Positions 59,754-64,000 of a stretch of 64,000 nt of DNA are shown here, in pieces (position 1 is the first letter of the stretch; the number at the start of each line of letters is the position of its first letter). The position numbers and the translations under genes are program-made. Below the pieces are notes generated by a model. It saw only the letters and a program-made list of their open reading frames with translations, searched no databases and had not been told where the DNA came from. The DNA is from a virus, in the IMG/VR virus record IMGVR_UViG_3300009159_008491, positions 29,820 through 93,819 of that record; one strand, 5' to 3'.

Positions 59754-62700
59754 TAAAATTGCACATGTAGCGGATCTTCATATAAGATTCGGGTCAAGAC
59801 ATCAAGAATATAAAACTGTTTTTAATAGACTTGTAAAAGATTTAAAAAATGAATCTCCAAGAAGAATAGTTATTGCTGGAGATATTTTCCATTTGAAAAT
59901 AAATTTATCACCAACATCTATTGATATTGCTGGTAATTTACTTAAGACTTTATCTAAAATAGCACCTGTTGATATAATTATTGGTAATCACGATTTTAAT
60001 CAGCAAGATTTAACTCAAGGGGATGCTATATCACCTTTAATTGATTTATTAGAAAATGGTTATATTGTAACAAAAGATTCTCCTAAGCTAAAAAAACCTA
60101 AGAGTGGTAATGGTGTTTATTTTTTCAGAGATTCCGGTTTTTATAATATTGAAGAAGATTTAGTTTATGGTGTTTATTCTTTATTGGATGAAGAGATAAT
60201 TACTTTGACTGAAAAGGAAAAAGATAAAAAATACATAGCTCTTTATCATGGTCCTGTTTATGGTTGTGTTAATGACAATGGTTATCAATTAAAAGGTGAT
60301 GAGTTACTTAAGATAACTGCTTTTAATAATTTTGATATTGTTATGCTTGGTGATATTCATGAACATCAGTCGTTTGAAAGAAAAAATGGTGATACTGCTG
60401 CTTATGCATCTTCTTTAATCCAACAAAATTTTGGTGAATCAATTGAAAAGGGTTATTTAATGTGGGATTTAGAAACATTAGAGTTTGAAAGAAGATATGT
60501 TCCAAATGATTATGGTTATTGTAAGTTAAATATCACAAAGGGCGAATTAGTTGATGAACGTTTACAAGATTTAAAATTTTCTGTTGATAAAAAGAAAACA
60601 CGCATTTATATTGAGATCGAAGATGATGCTGAAAATGAAAATGTAGAAAAGAAATCTCAGATTAGAAAATGGATTAAAGACATTCATGGGTGCGAAAATG
60701 TTACCGTAGAATTTAAACCTATTCATAAAGAAAAAACTCTAGAGTCAGAAAGCGAAAGTTTATCTTATGAAGATTCTGAAAATTTTGAGAAGTTACTTTT
60801 GGATTATTTAACACAGAATTCTTATGAAAACATTGATGATGTAATCGGTTTAAGTAAAGAGATAGACTCAAAAATAAATTTGGAAGTCCAAGAGAAAAAA
60901 GGTGCCGAATGGGATCTTAATAAAATGGAAACATTTAATATTTTTTCTCATCCTGCACAAATTAATCAATTCGATTTCGATAAACTAAATGGAATTACTG
61001 GAATATTTGGTAAAAACTATTCTGGTAAATCTAATATTATTAAGGCTTTAGTATGGGGTTTATACGAAAAGATTCTTGGCGGTGGTGATAATCATAAAGT
61101 TGTAAATTTATATACTGGTAACAATAAAGCTTGGGTTAGGATTTATCTTACTATAGCCGGAACTCAATATAGAATTGAAAGGGGCATAACTGTTACTATG
61201 AAGAAAGATGGTACAACTAAAGCAGCTTATTCAATCAAGTATGAGTATTTGACTTATGATGAAGACGGTGATGTAGTTTGGGTTAATGAAGAATCAGATA
61301 GAGCTGCTAAAGAGAAAAAAGAATTTAAAAAATTAATTGTTGATAGTATTGGAACATTTGATGATTTTACAAAGATTTCTTTGCAAACACAAGGGGGAAA
61401 AGATGATTATTTAAGTTTACAGCAACAACCTAAAAATGATTTGATCAGGAAGTTTTTTGGATTAGAAACATTTGATGTGAAATACGAGTTTGCTAATAAA
61501 ATTTTTAATCAAGTAAAATCAGTTCAAAAACATTTAGGTGATCCTGCAGAGATAGAAAAGCAAATAGAAGATTTTAATAAAAACATAGGTGAAGAAAAAA
61601 ACAAATTAGATTTCTTGACTGAGGATAAACAAAAAAATCAAGAACAAATTGATATTCATAACAATGAAATTCTTGAATTAACTCAAAAAATAACTCAGCT
61701 TGAAACTACTACTGAAACTAGTGTTGATGGTGCAAATGAAAAGATAAATAAAAACAATACTGCTCTTGAAAAGCTGAATGATAAAATTGATTTTTTAACT
61801 GATTGGAATTCTAAAAACTTTATCAAAGAAATTCCTCAAGAATTAATCGGTTTAGATTCTGCAACACTTGATTCTAAAATAGAAAAACTAAGAGATAATT
61901 TTCAAAAAAATAAAAATAGTTATCTTTTAATAGATCAGTGGTTAAAAGATAATCCTAAAAAAGATGTAGAAGATTCCGCTTCTTATGAAAATTCATTAGA
62001 CCAAAATAGACAAGAAAAAATAGTTTTAGAAAATGAATTAAAAATTTCAAGAGGAGAAAAGTGTCCAACTTGTAAACAAATAACAAAGGAAGCGAATCCT
62101 AATATTGAAACTGATTGTCTAGCTAAAATTGCGAATATTAATGATGAACTTAAAAAACTTCAGGATAAATTAACAGAAATAAAAAACATTGCTAATCATA
62201 ATATTAAATTTGATGGAGAGAAAAACAAGTTAGATTCACTTAAAAATTCTTTACAATCAGATAAAATTGAAATAGATAGATTAAAGTTAAACATTGATAA
62301 GTTAGCTCAAGTAGAAAGTGATATTAAACACAATGAAGAGGTTAAAAAAAATAATCTTGAATTAGATAGTTTAAAAAATCAAAAACAAAAAGTAGAGGAA
62401 TCTAGTAAGGATTTAAAAGATCAGATTGAAAAGATTAAAAATAATAAATCAAAAAAGGAATCCAACGATAAAATACAAAACGAAATTCAGGCTCTTAAGC
62501 AAAGTGTTGTTGAATATAAATCTGTTTTGTTACAAATTGATAATAATATAAAAGAAGCATCCGGAAACATCAAAGTACAAGAAAGTAATGTTCAAAATCT
62601 TACAGATAAATTAAATCAGATTAAAGAATCGGTAAGAATTTATGCTAAGTATTCAGTATATCTTCAAGCTGTTTCTAGAGATGGGATACCAGCACAGATA

Positions 62701-63177
62701 CTTAAGAAAAAATTACCAATAGTAAACTATAGAATAAATACTATTTTATCAAACATAGTTAATTTCAAAATTGATATGTTTGTAAAAAACAATGGAGATG
62801 TTCAAGAGATATTTTATTTTAACCCTGATAAATCTGATGCTCTTCCATTATCAATGGGTTCAGGTTCTCAGAAGTTTGTTGGAAGTATAGCTATTACAGA
62901 CGCTTTACATTCTGTAAGTTGTTTAATGAAACCAAATCTTAGAATCATTGATGAAGGATTTGGAACACTTGATGAAGATAAAACTGCTGATATTGGAAAA
63001 GTATTTTCATATTTGAGTAATCGTTATAAAAACATATTAATCATTACTCATAGAACTGAAATAAAAGATTTCGTCAACAATATTATTCAAGTAACAAAAT
63101 CAACTTCTGGATTATTGAAAGAGCAAATTGAATCAAATCCAGATGCAGGTGTTTCACAATTTTCTATAACTTGTTAA
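59746..63177 (+). CDS. Fused Mre11/SbcD nuclease-Rad50/SbcC ATPase (gp47/gp46-like)
   Basis: ADLH, AGDIFH, GNHD, LGDIH; Walker A GKNYSGKS, Q-loop LQTQ, zinc hook CPTC, SMGSGSQ, Walker B IIDEGFGTLD, IITH. Confidence 0.92.
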   Translation: MNNKIAHVADLHIRFGSRHQEYKTVFNRLVKDLKNESPRRIVIAGDIFHLKINLSPTSIDIAGNLLKTLSKIAPVDIIIGNHDFNQQDLTQGDAISPLIDLLENGYIVTKDSPKLKKPKSGNGVYFFRDSGFYNIEEDLVYGVYSLLDEEIITLTEKEKDKKYIALYHGPVYGCVNDNGYQLKGDELLKITAFNNFDIVMLGDIHEHQSFERKNGDTAAYASSLIQQNFGESIEKGYLMWDLETLEFERRYVPNDYGYCKLNITKGELVDERLQDLKFSVDKKKTRIYIEIEDDAENENVEKKSQIRKWIKDIHGCENVTVEFKPIHKEKTLESESESLSYEDSENFEKLLLDYLTQNSYENIDDVIGLSKEIDSKINLEVQEKKGAEWDLNKMETFNIFSHPAQINQFDFDKLNGITGIFGKNYSGKSNIIKALVWGLYEKILGGGDNHKVVNLYTGNNKAWVRIYLTIAGTQYRIERGITVTMKKDGTTKAAYSIKYEYLTYDEDGDVVWVNEESDRAAKEKKEFKKLIVDSIGTFDDFTKISLQTQGGKDDYLSLQQQPKNDLIRKFFGLETFDVKYEFANKIFNQVKSVQKHLGDPAEIEKQIEDFNKNIGEEKNKLDFLTEDKQKNQEQIDIHNNEILELTQKITQLETTTETSVDGANEKINKNNTALEKLNDKIDFLTDWNSKNFIKEIPQELIGLDSATLDSKIEKLRDNFQKNKNSYLLIDQWLKDNPKKDVEDSASYENSLDQNRQEKIVLENELKISRGEKCPTCKQITKEANPNIETDCLAKIANINDELKKLQDKLTEIKNIANHNIKFDGEKNKLDSLKNSLQSDKIEIDRLKLNIDKLAQVESDIKHNEEVKKNNLELDSLKNQKQKVEESSKDLKDQIEKIKNNKSKKESNDKIQNEIQALKQSVVEYKSVLLQIDNNIKEASGNIKVQESNVQNLTDKLNQIKESVRIYAKYSVYLQAVSRDGIPAQILKKKLPIVNYRINTILSNIVNFKIDMFVKNNGDVQEIFYFNPDKSDALPLSMGSGSQKFVGSIAITDALHSVSCLMKPNLRIIDEGFGTLDEDKTADIGKVFSYLSNRYKNILIITHRTEIKDFVNNIIQVTKSTSGLLKEQIESNPDAGVSQFSITC

Positions 63178-63178
63178 T

Positions 63179-64000
63179 ATGACAGAAGTTAAAAATAAAT
63201 ACACTGAAGAACAGCTATCTTTTATTCAGGCAGATGTAAAATCTAATATTATACTTAGAGCAACCGCTGGATCAGGGAAGACCTTTTCTGCAGTTGAAAG
63301 AGTTAGATTTTTATTATCTAAAGGAGTTGATCCATCTAAAATTTTATTTTTTTCTTATACTAAAGCTGCGGTTGAAGAGTTTAGAGCAAGGTTAAATAAT
63401 GATCAAATAAAGATTACAACTATTCATGCTTTTTGTCAAGGTATGTTATCCAAGATGAAAAAGTTTAAAAAAGTTGTTGAAATATATGAGTTTATTTCTT
63501 GGTATAAAGAAAAAAACAAACCAAAGCCAAGTGCTTCTAGTGAGGTTAAAATCAAATTTTATGAATTAGTAAATGACCTTTATGAAAATGCTCAATATAT
63601 AAGTGCGGAAATAACTGCATATAAGTTGCAAATTGCTGAAGGTATTCGTTGTAAAAAACCAAACTTTTTTGAAGAATACAATAAATTCAAAAAAGAAACA
63701 AAGACCAGAGATTTCTCTGATATGCTTATTGAAATTCGTGATTTGCTAAAAGAAAACAAATGGTTAGTTATGTTTAGAAATAAATATGATTATATTCTTA
63801 TAGATGAATTTCAGGATACATCATCCATTCAAATGGATATTTTATTGAAGCTAAATGCAAAGTATTATACTTTAATTGGAGATATAGGTCAATCTATATT
63901 TGGTTATAGTGGTGCCAATGCATTTACGGTAATGGATATGTTAAAAAAGAGAAGACAGGTTGAGGAAATGACTTTGAGTATTAATTTTAGAAGTTGTAAA
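63179..64000 (+). CDS. UvrD/Rep/PcrA-like SF1 helicase (partial, runs off the right edge)
   Basis: MTEVKNKYTEEQ..., ATAGSGKT, FSYTKAA, TTIHAF, LIDEFQD, IGDIGQSIFGY, NFRS. Confidence 0.9.
   Translation, partial: MTEVKNKYTEEQLSFIQADVKSNIILRATAGSGKTFSAVERVRFLLSKGVDPSKILFFSYTKAAVEEFRARLNNDQIKITTIHAFCQGMLSKMKKFKKVVEIYEFISWYKEKNKPKPSASSEVKIKFYELVNDLYENAQYISAEITAYKLQIAEGIRCKKPNFFEEYNKFKKETKTRDFSDMLIEIRDLLKENKWLVMFRNKYDYILIDEFQDTSSIQMDILLKLNAKYYTLIGDIGQSIFGYSGANAFTVMDMLKKRRQVEEMTLSINFRSCK

Noticed and set aside
2681-59797. Many 60-110-aa ORFs nested in or antisense to long genes (e.g. 2681, 3378, 5740, 18787, 24263, 31044, 34650, 37103, 39840, 54381, 58667, 59576)
   Set aside because: They overlap well-supported genes, have no recognisable motifs and are expected by chance
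1-64000. Alternative genetic code (stop-codon reassignment, as in some large phages)
   Set aside because: Code 11 gives intact full-length genes and very high coding density; TAA, TAG and TGA all occur as apparent real stops
1-64000. CRISPR array, tRNA/rRNA genes, diversity-generating retroelement or retron
   Set aside because: Intergenic gaps are short (under ~150 nt); no repeat-spacer pattern, cloverleaf or reverse transcriptase was seen, and all repeats found are coding
1-64000. Eukaryotic giant virus (NCLDV) origin, suggested by the glycosylation genes and collagen-like repeats
   Set aside because: T4-like portal and terminase, sigma factors, intrinsic terminators and overlapping operonic genes indicate a bacteriophage

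Overview
A very AT-rich, gene-dense 64-kb segment of a large (jumbo-type) tailed dsDNA phage distantly related to T4-like viruses. The host is very probably in the Bacteroidota: two Bacteroidota-type RpoD homologues, Bacteroidota-like TopA and DEDDh exonuclease, TAnnTTTG promoter elements and A-rich starts without Shine-Dalgarno sequences. Layout: (i) 1-7.3 kb: gp55-like late sigma factor, two glycosyltransferases, a HAD and a gp21-like protease that both appear catalytically dead, and a metallophosphoesterase. (ii) 7.4-22.7 kb: a 21-gene co-directional glycan synthesis and decoration locus (Gmd, DegT-like aminotransferase, many glycosyl-, methyl- and sulfotransferases, a CDP-alcohol phosphotransferase, an alkaline-phosphatase-superfamily enzyme). 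(iii) 22.8-29.5 kb: acidic putative head proteins, PhoH and a GT-B enzyme. (iv) 29.6-36.8 kb: host-like genes (exonuclease, topA, tandem rpoD homologues, UVR-domain and Hc1-like proteins). (v) 36.9-58.1 kb: portal, intein-containing TerL, and tail-fibre/baseplate-like proteins rich in (S/T)-(G/A)-X-(T/S). (vi) 58.1-64 kb: RuvC-like resolvase, primase, a fused Mre11/SbcD-Rad50/SbcC protein and a UvrD-like helicase. The strongest candidate new systems are a phage-encoded virion glycosylation system with a possible sequon in the structural proteins, and a three-sigma transcription cascade with a TATTTAT late-promoter motif. All assignments come from motif recognition by eye; no database searches were run.
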